Positions 15,001-30,870 of a stretch of DNA of 64,000 nucleotides are shown here, one piece after another. The notes under the pieces are model-generated. The model saw only the letters and a program-made list of their open reading frames with translations, was not told the origin of the DNA and searched no databases. Origin of the DNA: the human T2T-CHM13v2.0 reference genome, Homo sapiens; NCBI RefSeq assembly GCF_009914755.1, contig NC_060925.1, one strand, 5' to 3'. Positions within the stretch are counted from its first letter, which is position 1. Every line of letters begins with the position of its first letter. A program made the translations under genes and the position numbers.

Positions 15001-18000
15001 TGGAATTATCATCGAATGGAATCGAATGGTATCAACATCAAACGGAAAAAAACGGAATTATCGAATGGAATCGAAGAGAATCTTCGAACGGACCCGAATG
15101 GAATCATCTAATGGAATGGAATGGAATAACCATGGACTGGAAGGCAATGATCATCGAATGGAATCGAATGGAATCATCGAATGGACTCGAATGGAATAAT
15201 CATTGAACGGAATCGAATGGAATCATCATCGGATGGAAACGAATGGAATCATCATCGAATGGAAATGAAAGGAGTCATCATATAATGGAAATGAATGGAA
15301 TCATCATAAAATGGAATCGAATGGATTCAACATCAAATGGAATCAAATGGAATCATTGAACGGAATTGAATGCAATCGTCATCGAATGAATTGAATGCAA
15401 TCATCAAATGGTCTCGAATGGAATCATCTTCAAATGGAATGGAATGGAATCATCGCATAGAATCGAATGGAATTATCATCGAATGGAATCGAATGGAATC
15501 AACATCAAACGGAAAAAAACGGAATTATGGAATGGAATAAAAGAGAATCATCGAACGGACACGAATGGAATCATCTAATGGAATGGAATGGAATAATCCA
15601 TGGAATCGAATGCAATCATCATCGAATGGAATCGAATGGAATCATCGAATGGACTCGAATGGAATAATCATTGAACGGAATCGAATGGAATCATCATCGG
15701 ATGGAAATGAATGGAATCATCATCGAATGGAATCGAATAGAATTATGGAATGAAATCCAGTGTGATCATCATCGAATGGACCCGAATGGAATCATCATCC
15801 AATGGAAGCTAATGGAATCAATATCGAATGAATCTAACAGAAACACCATCGAATTGAAATGAATGGAATTATCATGAAATTGTAATGGATGGACTCATCA
15901 TCGAATGGATTCGAATGGAATCATCGAATAAAATTGATTGAAATCATCATCAAATGGAATCAAATGGTATCATTGAATGGAATCGAATGAAATCGTCATC
16001 AGATGGAAATGAATGGAATCGTCATAGAATGGAATCGAATGGATTCATTGAATGGAATCAGATGGAATCATCGAATGGACTGGAATGGAATCATTGAATG
16101 GACTTGAAAGATATCATTATTGAATGGAATTGAATGGAATCATCGAATGGTCTCGATTGGAATCATTATCAAATGGAATCGAATGGAATCACCGAATAGA
16201 ATCGAATGGAACAATCATCGAATGGACTCAAATGGAATTATCCTCAAATGGAATTGAATGGAATTATCGAATGCAATCCCATGGAATTATCGAATGCAAT
16301 CGAATAGAATCATCGAATGGACTCGAATGGAATCATCGAATGGAATGGAATGGAACAGTCAATGAACACGATGGAATCATCATTGAATGGAATCAAATGG
16401 AATCATCGAGTGGAATCGAATGGAATTATGATCCAATGGAATCGAATGTAATCATCATCAAATGGAATCAAAAATAACCATCATCAATTGGTATTGAATG
16501 GAATTGTCATCAAGTGGAATTCAAAGGAATCATAATCAAATGGAACCGAATGGAATCCTCATTGAATGGAAATGAAAGGGGTCATCATCTAATGGAATCG
16601 CATGGAATCATCATCAAATGGAATCGAATGGAATTATCATCAAATGGAATCTAATGGAATCATTGAACAGAATTGAATGGAATCATCATCGAATGAATTG
16701 AATGCAATCATCGAATGGTCTCGAATGGAATCATCTTCTAATGGAAAGGAATGGAATCATCACATAGAATCGAATGGAATTAACATTGAATGGACTCGAA
16801 TGGAATCAACATCAAACGGAATCAAGCGGAATTATCGAATGGAATCGAAGAGAATCATCGAATGGACTCGAATGGAATCATCTAATGGAATGGAATGGAA
16901 TAATCCCCGGACTCGAAAGCAATCATCATCGTATAGAATCGAGTGGAATCATCGAATGGACTCGAATGGAATAATCATTGAATGGAATCGAATGGAATCA
17001 TCATCGGATGGATACGAATGGAATCATCATCGAATGGAAATGAAAGGATTCATCATCTAATGGAATTGCATGGAATCATCATAAAATGGAATCGAATGGA
17101 ATCAACATCAAATGGAATCAAATGGAATCATTGAACGGAATTGAATGGAATCGTCATCGAATGAATTGAATGCAATCATCGAATGGTCTCAAATGGAATC
17201 ATCTTCAAATGGAATGGAATGGAATCATCGCATAGAATCGAATGGAATTATCATGGAATGGAATCGAATGGTATCAACATCAAATGGAAAAAAACGGAAT
17301 TATCGAATGGAATCGAAGAGAATCATCGAACGGACCCGAATGGAATCATCTAATGGAATGGAATGGAATAATCCATGGACTCGAATGCAATCATCATCGA
17401 ATGGAATCGAATGGAATCATCGAATGGACTCGAATGGAATAATCATTGAACGGAATCGAATGGAATCATCATCGGATGGAAATGAATGGAATCATCATCG
17501 AATGGAATCGAATAGAATTATGGAATGAAATCCAGTGTGATCATCATCGAATGGACCCGAATGGAATCATCATCCAACGGAAGCTAATGGAATCAACATC
17601 GAATGAATCGAATGGAAACACCATCGAATTGAAACGAATGGAATTATCATGAAATTGAAATGGATGGACTCATCATCGAATGGATTCGAATGGAATCATC
17701 GAATAAAATTGATTGAAATCATCATCGAATGGAATCGAATGGTATCATTGAATGGAATCGAATGGAATCATCATCAGATGGAAATGAATGGAATCGTCAT
17801 AGAATGGAATCGAATGGATTCATTGAATGGAATCAGATGGAATCATCGAATGGACTGGAATGGAATCATTGAATGGACTCGAAAGGGATCATTATTGAAT
17901 GGAATTGAATGGAATCATCGAATGGTCTCGATTGGAATCATTATCAAATGGAATCGAATGGAATCACCGAATAGAATCGAATGGAACAATCATCGAATGG

Positions 18001-19129
18001 ACTCAAATTGAATTATCCTCAAATGGAATCGAATAGTATTATCGAATGCAATCGAATGGAATTATCGAATGCAATCGAATAGAATCATCGAATGGACTCG
18101 AATGGAATCATCGAATGGAATGGAATGGAACAGTCAATGAACTCGAATGGAATCATCATTGAATGGAATCGAATGGAATCATCGAGTGGAATCGAATGGA
18201 ATTATGATCAAATGGAATCGAATGTAATCATCATCAAATGGAATCAAAAATAACCATCATCAATTGGTATTGAATGGAATTGTCATCAAATGGAATTCAA
18301 AGGAATCATCATCAAATGGAACCGAATGGAATCCTCATTGAATGGAAATGAAAGGGGTCATCATCTAATGGAATCACATGGAATCATCATCAAATGGAAT
18401 CGAATGGAATCATCATCAAATGGAATCTGATGGAATCATTGAACAGAATTGAATGGAATCGTCATCGAATGAATTGAATGCAATCATCGAATGGTCTCGA
18501 ATGGAATCGTCTTCTAATGGAAAGGAATGGAATCATCGCATAGAATCGAATGGAATTATCATCGAATGGAATCGAATGGTATCAACATCAAACGGAAAAA
18601 AACGGAATTCTCGAATGGAATCGAAGAGAATCTTCGAACGGACCCGAATGGAATCATCTAATGGAATGGAATGGAATAACCATGGACTGGAAGGCAATCA
18701 TCATCGAATGGAATCGAATGGAATCATCGAATGGACTCGAATGGAATAATCATTGAACGGAATCGAATGGAATCATCATCGGATGGAAACGAATGGAATC
18801 ATCATCGAATGGAAATGAAAGGAGTCATCATCTAATGGAATTGAATGGAATCATCATAAAATGGAATCGAATGGAATCAACATCAAATGGAATCAAATGG
18901 AATCATTGAACGGAATTGAATGGAATCGTCATCGAATGAATTGAATGCAATCATCAAATGGTCTCGAATGGAATCATCTTCAAATGGAATGGAATGGAAT
19001 CATCGCATAGAATCGAATGGAATTATCATCGAATGGAATCGAATGGAATCAACATCAAACGGAAAAAAACGGAATTATCGAATGGAATAAAAGAGAATCA
19101 TCGAACGGACACGAATGGAATCATCTAAT

Positions 19130-22100
19130 GGAATGGAATGGAATAATCCATGGACTCGAATGCAATCATCATCGAATGGAATCGAATGGAATCATCGAAT
19201 GGACTCGAATGGAATAATCATTGAACGGAATCGAATGGAATCATCATCGGATGGAAACGAATGGAATCATCATCGAATGGAAATGAAACGAGTCATCATC
19301 TAATGGAATTGCATGGAATCATCATAAAATGGAATCGAATGGAATCAACATCAAATGGAATCAAATGGAATCATTGAACGGAATTGAATGGAATCGTCAT
19401 CGAATGAATTGAATGCAATCATCGAATGGTCTCGAATGGAATCATCTTCAAATGGAATGGAATGGAATCATCGCATAGAATCGAATGGAATTATCATCGA
19501 ATGGAATCGAATGGAATCAACATCAAACGGAAAAAAACGGAATTATCGTATGGAATCGAAGAGAATCATCGAATGGACCCGAATGGAATCATCTAATGGA
19601 ATGGAATGGAATAATCCATGGACTCGAAAGCAATCATCATCGAATGGAATCGAATGGAATCATCGAATGGACTCGAATGGAATAATCATTGAACGGAATC
19701 GAATGGAATCATCATCGGATGGAAACGAATGGAATCATCATCGAATGGAAATGAAAGGAGTCATCATCTAATGGAATTGCATGGAATCATCATAAAATGG
19801 ATTCGAATGGAATCAACATCAAATGGAATCAAATGGAATCATTGAACGGAATTGAATGGAATCGTCATCGAATGAATTGAATGCAATCATCGAATGGTCT
19901 CGAATGGAATCATCTTCAAATGGAATGGAATGGAATCATCGCATAGAATCGAATGGAATTATCATCGAATGGAATCGAATGGAATCAACATCAAACGGAA
20001 AAAAACGGAATTATCGTATGGAATCGAAGAGAATCATCGAATGGACCCGAATGGAGTCATCTAATGGAATGGAATGGAATAATCCATGGACTCGAATGCA
20101 ATCATCATCGAATGGAATCGAATGGAATCATCGAATGGACTCGAATGGAATAATCATTGAACGGAATCGAATGGAATCATCATCGGATGGAAACGAACGG
20201 AATCATCATCGAATGGAATTGAATAGAATTATGGAATGAAATCCAGTGTGATCATCATCGAATGGACCCGAATGGAATCATCATCCAACGGAAGCTAATG
20301 GAATCAACATCGAATGAATCGAATGCAAACACCATCGAATTGAAACGAATGGAATTATCATGAAATTGAAATGGATGGACTCATCATCGAATGGATTCGA
20401 ATGGAATCATCGAATAAAATTGATTGAAATCATCATCAAATGGAATCGAATGGTATCATTGAATGGAATCGAATGGAATCATCATCAGATGGAAATGAAT
20501 GGAATCGTCATAGAATGGAATCGAATGGATTCATTGAATGGAATCAGATGGAATCATCGAATGGACTGGAATGGAATCATTGAATGGACTCGAAAGGGAT
20601 CATTATTGAATGGAATTGAATGGAATCATCGAATGGTCTCGATTGGAATCATTATCAAATGGAATCGAATGGAATCACCGAATAGAATCGAATGGAACAA
20701 TCATCGAATGGACTCAAATGGAATTATCCTCAAATGGAATCGAATGGAATTATCGAATGCAATCGAATGGAATTATCGAATGCAATCGAATAGAATCATC
20801 GAATGGACTCGAATGGAATCATCGAATGGAATGGAATGGAACAGTCAATGAACTCGAATGGAATCATCATTGAATGGAATCGAATGGAATCATCGAGTGG
20901 AATCGAATGCAATTATGATCAAATGGAATCGAATGTAATCATCATCAAATGGAATCAAAAATAACCATCATCAATTGGTATTCAATGGAATTGTCATCAA
21001 ATGGAATTCAAAGGAATCATCATCAAATGGAACCGAATGGAATCCTCATTGAATGGAAATGAAAGGGGTCATCATCTAATGGAATCACATGGAATCATCA
21101 TCAAATGGAATCGAATGGAATCATCATCAAATGGAATCTGATGGAATCATTGAACAGAATTGAATGGAATCGTCATCGAAACAATTGAATGCAATCATCG
21201 AATGGTCTCGAAAGGAATCGTCTTCTAATGGAAAGGAATGGAATCATCGCATAGAATCGAATGGAATTATCATCGAATGGAATCGAATGGTATCAACATC
21301 AAACGGAAAAAAACGGAATTATCGAATGGAATCGAAGAGAATCTTCGAACGGACCCGAATGGAATCATCTAATGGAATGGAATGGAATAACCATGGACTG
21401 GAAGGCAATGATCATCGAATGGAATCGAATGGAATCATCGAATGGACTCGAATGGAATAATCATTGAACGGAATCGAATGGAATCATCATCGGATGGAAA
21501 CGAATGGAATCATCATCGAATGGAAATGAAAGGAGTCATCATCTAATGGAAATGAATGGAATCATCATAAAATGGAATCGAATGGATTCAACATCAAATG
21601 GAATCAAATGGAATCATTGAACGGAATTGAATGCAATCGTCATCGAATGAATTGAATGCAATCATCAAATGGTCTCGAATGGAATCATCTTCAAATGGAA
21701 TGGAATGGAATCATCGCATAGAATCGAATGGAATTATCATCGAATGGAATCGAATGGAATCAACATCAAACGGAAAAAAACGGAATTATCGTATGGAATC
21801 GAAGAGAATCATCGAATGGACCCGAATGGAATCATCTAATGGAATGGAATGGAATAATCCATGGACTCGAATGCAATCATCATCGAATGGAATCGAATGG
21901 AATAATCGAATGGACTCGAATGGAATAATCATTGAACGGAATCGAATGGAATCATCATCGGATGGAAATGAATGGAATCATCATCGAATGGAATCGGATA
22001 GAATTATGGAATGAAATCCAGTGTGATCATCATCGAATGGACCCGAATGGAATCATCATCCAACGGAAGCTAATGGAATCAACATCGAATGAATCGAATG

Positions 22101-25100
22101 GAAACACCATCGAATTGAAACGAATGGAATTATCATGAAATTGAAATGGATGGACTCATCATCGAATGGATTCGAATGGAATCATCGAATAAAATTGATT
22201 GAAATCATCATAGAATGTAATCGAATGGTATCATTGAATGGAATCGAATGGAATCATCATCAGATGGAAATTAATGGAATCGTCATAGAATGGAATCGAA
22301 TGGATTCATTGAATGGAATCAGATGGAATCATCGAATGGACTGGAATGGAATCATTGAATGGACTCGAAAGGGATCATGATTGAATGGAATTGAATGGAA
22401 TCATCGAATGGTCTCGATTGGAATCATTATCAAATGGAAACGAATGGAATCACCGAATAGAATCGAATGGAACAATCATCGAATGGACTCAAATGGAATT
22501 ATCCTCAAATGGAATGGAATGGAATTATCGAATGCAATCGAATGGAATTATCGAATGCAATCGAATATAATCATCGAATGGACTCGAAAGGAATCATTGA
22601 ATGGAATGGAATGGAACAGTCAATGAACTCGAATGGAATCATCATTGAATGGAATCGAATGGAATCATCGAGTGGAATCGAATGGAATTATGATCAAATG
22701 GAATCGAATGTAATCATCATCAAATGGAATCAAAAATAACCATCATCAATTGGTATTCAATGGAATTGTCATCAAATGGAATTCAAAGGAATCATCATCA
22801 AATGGAACCGAATGGAATCCTCATTGAATGGAAATGAAAGGGGTCATCATCTAATGGAATCGCATGGAAGCATCATCAAATGGAATCGAATGGAATCATC
22901 ATCAAATGGAATCTGATGGAATCATTGAACAGAATTGAATGGAATCGTCATCGAATGAATTGAATGCAATCATCGAATGGTCTCGAATGGAATCGTCTTC
23001 TAATGGAAAGGAATGGAATCATCGCATAGAATCGAATGGAATTATCATCGAATGGAATCGAATGGTATCAACATCAAACGGAAAAAAACGGAATTATCGA
23101 ATGGAATCGAAGAGAATCTTCGAACGGACCCGAATGGAATCATCTAATGGAATGGAATGGAATAACCATGGACTGGAAGGCAATCATCATCGAATGGAAT
23201 CGAATGGAATCATCGAATGGACTCGAATGGAATAATCATTGAACGGAATCGAATGGAATCATCATCGGATGGAAACGAATGGAATCATCATCGAATGGAA
23301 ATGAAAGGAGTCATCATCTAATGGAATTGAATGGAATCATCATAAAATGGAATCGAATGGATTCAACATCAAATGGAATCAAATGGAATCATTGAACGGA
23401 ATTGAATGCAATCGTCATCGAATGAATTGAATGCAATCATCAAATGGTCTCGAATGGAATCATCTTCAAATGGAATGGAATGGAATCATCGCATAGAATC
23501 GAATGGAATTATCATCGAATGGAATCGAATGGAATCAACATCAAACGGAAAAAAACGGAATTATGGAATGGAATAAAAGAGAATCATCGAACGGACACGA
23601 ATGGAATCATCTAATGGAATGGAATGGAATAATCCATGGACTCGAATGCAATCATCATCGAATGGAATCGAATGGAATCATCGAATGGACTCGAATGGAA
23701 TAATCATTGAACGGAATCGAATGGAATCATCATCGGATGGAAATGAATGGAATCATCATCGAATGGAATCGAATAGAATTATGGAATGAAATCCAGTGTG
23801 ATCATCATCGAATGGACCCGAATGGAATCATCATCCAACGGAAGCTAATGGAATCAACATCGAATGAATCGAATGGAAACACCATCGAATTGAAACGAAT
23901 GGAATTATCATGAAATTGAAATGGATGGACTCATCATCGAATGGATTCGAATGGAATCATCGAATAAAATTGATTGAAATCATCATCAAATGGAATCGAA
24001 TGGTATCATTGAATGGAATCGAATGGAATCATCTTCAGATGGAAATGAATGGAATCGTCATAGAATGGAATCGAATGGATTCATTGAATGGAATCAGATG
24101 GAATCATCGAATGGACTGGAATGGAATCATTGAATGGACTCGAAAGGGATCATGATTGAATGGAATTGAATGGAATCATCGAATGGTCTCGATTGGAATC
24201 ATTATCAAATGGAAACGAATGGAATCACCGAATAGAATCGAATGGAACAATCATCGAATGGACTCAAATGGAATTATCCTCAAATGGAATGGAATGGAAT
24301 TATCGAATGCAATCGAATGGAATTATCGAATGCAATCGAATAGAATCATCGAATGGACTCGAATGGAATCATCGAATGGAATGGAATGGAACAGTCAATG
24401 AACTCGAATGGAATCATCATTGAATGGAATCGAATGGAATCATCGAGTGGAATCGAATGGAATTATGATCAAATGGAATCGAATGTAATCATCATCAAAT
24501 GGAATCAAAAATAACCATCATCAATTGGTATTCAATGGAATTGTCATCAAATGGAATTCAAAGGAATCATCATCAAATGGAACCGAATGGAATCCTCATT
24601 GAATGGAAATGAAAGGGGTCATCATCTAATGGAATCGCATGGAATCATCATCAAATGGAATCGAATGGAATCATCATCAAATGGAATCTGATGGAATCAT
24701 TGAACAGAATTGAATGGAATCGTCATCGAATGAATTGAATGCAATCATCGAATGGTCTCGAATGGAATCGTCTTCTAATGGAAAGGAATGGAATCATCGC
24801 ATAGAATCGAATGGAATTATCATCGAATGGAATCGAATGGTATCAACATCAAACGGAAAAAAACGGAATTATCGAATGGAATCGAAGAGAATCTTCGAAC
24901 GGACCCGAATGGAATCATCTAATGGAATGGAATGGAATAATCCATGGACTCGAATGCAATCATCATCGAATGGAATCGAATGGAATCATCGAATGGACTC
25001 GAATGGAATAATCATTGAACGGAATCGAATGGAATCATCATCGGATGGAAACGAATGGAATCATCATCGAATGGAAATGAAACGAGTCATCATCTAATGG

Positions 25101-28100
25101 AATTGCATGGAATCATCATAAAATGGAATCGAATGGAATCAACATCAAATGGAATCAAATGGAATCATTGAACGGAATTGAATGGAATCGTCATCGAATG
25201 AATTGAATGCAATCATCGAATGGTCTCGAATGGAATCATCTTCAAATGGAATGGAATGGAATCATCGCATAGAATCGAATGGAATTATCATCGAATGGAA
25301 TCGAATGGAATCAACATCAAACGGAAAAAAACGGAATTATCGTATGGAATCGAAGAGAATCATCGAATGGACCCGAATGGAATCATCTAATGGAATGGAA
25401 TGGAATAATCCATGGACTCGAAAGCAATCATCATCGAATGGAATCGAATGGAATCATCGAATGGACTCGAATGGAATAATCATTGAACGGAATCGAATGG
25501 AATCATCATCGGATGGAAACGAATGGAATCATCATCGAATGGAAATGAAAGGAGTCATCATCTAATGGAATTGCATGGAATCATCATAAAATGGATTCGA
25601 ATGGAATCAACATCAAATGGAATCAAATGGAATCATTGAACGGAATTGAATGGAATCGTCATCGAATGAATTGAATGCAATCATCGAATGGTCTCGAATG
25701 GAATCATCTTCAAATGGAATGGAATGGAATCATCGCATAGAATCGAATGGAATTATCATCGAATGGAATCGAATGGAATCAACATCAAACGGAAAAAAAC
25801 GGAATTATCGTATGGAATCGAAGAGAATCATCGAATGGACCCGAATGGAGTCATCTAATGGAATGGAATGGAATAATCCATGGACTCGAATGCAATCATC
25901 ATCGAATGGAATCGAATGGAATCATCGAATGGACTCGAATGGAATAATCATTGAACGGAATCGAATGGAATCATCATCGGATGGAAACGAACGGAATCAT
26001 CATCGAATGGAATTGAATAGAATTATGGAATGAAATCCAGTGTGATCATCATCGAATGGACCCGAATGGAATCATCATCCAACGGAAGCTAATGGAATCA
26101 ACATCGAATGAATCGAATGCAAACACCATCGAATTGAAACGAATGGAATTATCATGAAATTGAAATGGATGGACTCATCATCGAATGGATTCGAATGGAA
26201 TCATCGAATAAAATTGATTGAAATCATCATCAAATGGAATCGAATGGTATCATTGAATGGAATCGAATGGAATCATCATCAGATGGAAATGAATGGAATC
26301 GTCATAGAATGGAATCGAATGGATTCATTGAATGGAATCAGATGGAATCATCGAATGGACTGGAATGGAATCATTGAATGGACTCGAAAGGGATCATTAT
26401 TGAATGGAATTGAATGGAATCATCGAATGGTCTCGATTGGAATCATTATCAAATGGAATCGAATGGAATCACCGAATAGAATCGAATGGAACAATCATCG
26501 AATGGACTCAAATGGAATTATCCTCAAATGGAATCGAATGGAATTATCGAATGCAATCGAATGGAATTATCGAATGCAATCGAATAGAATCATCGAATGG
26601 ACTCGAATGGAATCATCGAATGGAATGGAATGGAACAGTCAATGAACTCGAATGGAATCATCATTGAATGGAATCGAATGGAATCATCGAGTGGAATCGA
26701 ATGGAATTATGATCAAATGGAATCGAATGTAATCATCATCAAATGGAATCAAAAATAACCATCATCAATTGGTATTGAATGGAATTGTCATCAAATGGAA
26801 TTCAAAGGAATCATCATCAAATGGAACCGAATGGAATCCTCATTGAATGGAAATGAAAGGGGTCATCATCTAATGGAATCACATGGAATCATCATCAAAT
26901 GGAATCGAATGGAATCATCATCAAATGGAATCTGATGGAATCATTGAACAGAATTGAATGGAATCGTCATCGAAAGAATTGAATGCAATCATCGAATGGT
27001 CTCGAAAGGAATCGTCTTCTAATGGAAAGGAATGGAATCATCGCATAGAATCGAATGGAATTATCATCGAATGGAATCGAATGGTATCAACATCAAACGG
27101 AAAAAAACGGAATTATCGAATGGAATCGAAGAGAATCTTCGAACGGACCCGAATGGAATCATCTAATGGAATGGAATGGAATAACCATGGACTGGAAGGC
27201 AATGATCATCGAATGGAATCGAATGGAATCATCGAATGGACTCGAATGGAATAATCATTGAACGGAATCGAATGGAATCATCATCGGATGGAAACGAATG
27301 GAATCATCATCGAATGGAAATGAAAGGAGTCATCATCTAATGGAAATGAATGGAATCATCATAAAATGGAATCGAATGGATTCAACATCAAATGGAATCA
27401 AATGGAATCATTGAACGGAATTGAATGCAATCGTCATCGAATGAATTGAATGCAATCATCAAATGGTCTCGAATGGAATCATCTTCAAATGGAATGGAAT
27501 GGAATCATCGCATAGAATCGAATGGAATTATCATCGAATGGAATCGAATGGAATCAACATCAAACGGAAAAAAACGGAATTATCGTATGGAATCGAAGAG
27601 AATCATCGAATGGACCCGAATGGAATCATCTAATGGAATGGAATGGAATAATCCATGGACTCGAATGCAATCATCATCGAATGGAATCGAATGGAATAAT
27701 CGAATGGACTCGAACGGAATAATCATTGAACGGAATCGAATGGAATCATCATCGGATGGAAACGAATGGAATCATCATCGAATGGAATCGGATAGAATTA
27801 TGGAATGAAATCCAGTGTGATCATCATCGAATGGACCCGGATGGAATCATCATCCAACGGAAGCTAATGGAATCAACATCGAATGAATCGAATGGAAACA
27901 CCATCGAATTGAAACGAATGGAATTATCATGAAATTGAAATGGATGGACTCATCATCGAATGGATTCGAATGGAATCATCGAATAAAATTGATTGAAATC
28001 ATCATCAAATGGAATCGAATGGTATCATTGAATGGAATCGAATGGAATCATCATCAGATGGAAATGAATGGAATCGTCATAGAATGGAATCGAATGGATT

Positions 28101-30870
28101 CATTGAATGGAATCAGATGGAATCATCGAATGGACTGGAATGGAATCATTGAATGGACTCGAAAGGGATCATTATTGAATGGAATTGAATGGAATCATCG
28201 AATGGTCTCGATTGGAATCATTATCAAATGGAATCGAATGGAATCACCGAATAGAATCGAATGGAACAATCATCGAATGGACTCAAATGGAATTATCCTC
28301 AAATGGAATCGAATGGAATTATCGAATGCAATCGAATGGAATTATCGAATGCAATCGAATAGAATCATCGAATGGACTCGAATGGAATCATCGAATGGAA
28401 TGGAATGGAACAGTCAATGAACTCGAATGGAATCATCATTGAATGGAATCGAATGGAATCATCGAGTGGAATCGAATGGAAATATGATCAAATGGAATCG
28501 AATGTAATCATCATCAAATGGAATCAAAAATAACCATCATCAATTGGTATTGAATGGAATTGTCATCAAATGGAATTCAAAGGAATCATCATCAAATGGA
28601 ACCGAATGGAATCCTCATTGAATGGAAATGAAAGGGGTCATCATCTAATGGAATCACATGGAATCATCATCAAATGGAATCGAATGGAATCATCATCAAA
28701 TGGAATCTGATGGAATCATTGAACAGAATTGAATGGAATCGTCATCGAATGAATTGAATGCAATCATCGAATGGTCTCGAATGGAATCGTCTTCTAATGG
28801 AAAGGAATGGAATCATCGCATAGAATCGAATGGAATTATCATCGAATGGAATCGAATGGTATCAACATCAAACGGAAAAAAACGGAATTATCGAATGGAA
28901 TCGAAGAGAATCTTCGAACGGACACGAATGGAATCATCTAATGGAATGGAATGGAATAACCATGGACTGGAAGGCAATCATCATCGAATGGAATCGAATG
29001 GAATCATCGAATGGACTCGAATGGAATAATCATTGAACGGAATCGAATGGAATCATCATCGGATGGAAACGAATGGAATCATCATCGAATGGAAATGAAA
29101 GGAGTCATCATCTAATGGAATTGAATGGAATCATCATAAAATGGAATCGAATGGATTCAACATCAAATGGAATCAAATGGAATCATTGAACGGAATTGAA
29201 TGCAATCGTCATCGAATGAATTGAATGCAATCATCAAATGGTCTCGAATGGAATCATCTTCAAATGGAATGGAATGGAATCATCGCATAGAATCGAATGG
29301 AATTATCATCGAATGGAATCGAATGGAATCAACATCAAACGGAAAAAAACGGAATTATGGAATGGAATAAAAGAGAATCATCGAACGGACACGACTGGAA
29401 TCATCTAATGGAATGGAATGGAATAATCCATGGACTCGAATGCAATCATCATCGAATGGAATCGAATGGAATCATCGAATGGACTCGAATGGAATAATCA
29501 TTGAACGGAATCGAATGGAATCATCATCGGATGGAAATGAATGGAATCATCATCGAATGGAATCGAATAGAATTATGGAATGAAATCCAGTGTGATCATC
29601 ATCGAATGGACCCGAATGGAATCATCATCCAACGGAAGCTAATGGAATCAACATCGAATGAATCGAATGGAAACACCATCGAATTGAAACGAATGGAATT
29701 ATCATGAAATTGAAATGGATGGACTCATCATCGAATGGATTCGAATGGAATCATCGAATAAAATTGATTGAAATCATCATCAAATGGAATCGAATGGTAT
29801 CATTGAATGGAATCGAATGGAATCATCTTCAGATGGAAATGAATGGAATCGTCATAGAATGGAATCGAATGGATTCATTGAATGGAATCAGATGGAATCA
29901 TCGAATGGACTGGAATGGAATCATTGAATGGACTCGAAAGGGATCATGATTGAATGGAATTGAATGGAATCATCGAATGGTCTCGATTGGAATCATTATC
30001 AAATGGAAACGAATGGAATCACCGAATAGAATCGAATGGAACAATCATCGAATGGACTCAAATGGAATTATCCTCAAATGGAATGGAATAGAATTATCGA
30101 ATGCAATCGAATGGAATTATCGAATGCAATCGAATAGAATCATCGAATGGACTCGAATGGAATCATCGAATGGAATGGAATGGAACAGTCAATGAACTCG
30201 AATGGAATCATCATTGAATGGAATCGAATGGAATCATCGAGTGGAATCGAATGGAATTATGATCAAATGGAATCGAATGTAATCATCATCAAATGGAATC
30301 AAAAATAACCATCATCAATTGGTATTCAATGGAATTGTCATCAAATGGAATTCAAAGGAATCATCATCAAATGGAACCGAATGGAATCCTCATTGAATGG
30401 AAATGAAAGGGGTCATCATCTAATGGAATCGCATGGAATCATCATCAAATGGAATCGAATGGAATCATCATCAAATGGAATCTGATGGAATCATTGAACA
30501 GAATTGAATGGAATCGTCATCGAATGAATTGAATGCAATCATCGAATGGTCTCGAATGGAATCGTCTTCTAATGGAAAGGAATGGAATCATCGCATAGAA
30601 TCGAATGGAATTATCATCGAATGGAATCGAATGGTATCAACATCAAACGGAAAAAAACGGAATTATCGAATGGAATCGAAGAGAATCTTCGAACGGACCC
30701 GAATGGAATCATCTAATGGAATGGAATGGAATAATCCATGGACTCGAATGCAATCATCATCGAATGGAATCGAATGGAATCATCGAATGGACTCGAATGG
30801 AATAATCATTGAACGGAATCGAATGGAATCATCATCGGATGGAAACGAATGGAATCATCATCGAATGGAA
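19130..30870 (+). repeat. Two-copy higher-order repeat with a 5794-bp period (2244+1775+1775)
   Basis: ORF starts pair at a 5794 offset: 19388/25182, 19856/25650, 21164/26958, 21631/27425, 22939/28733 and 24714/30508. Shared rare variants include CTCGAAAGCAATC, GGAATTGAATAGAATT and GAATGCAAACACC. Boundaries are approximate. Confidence 0.85.
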
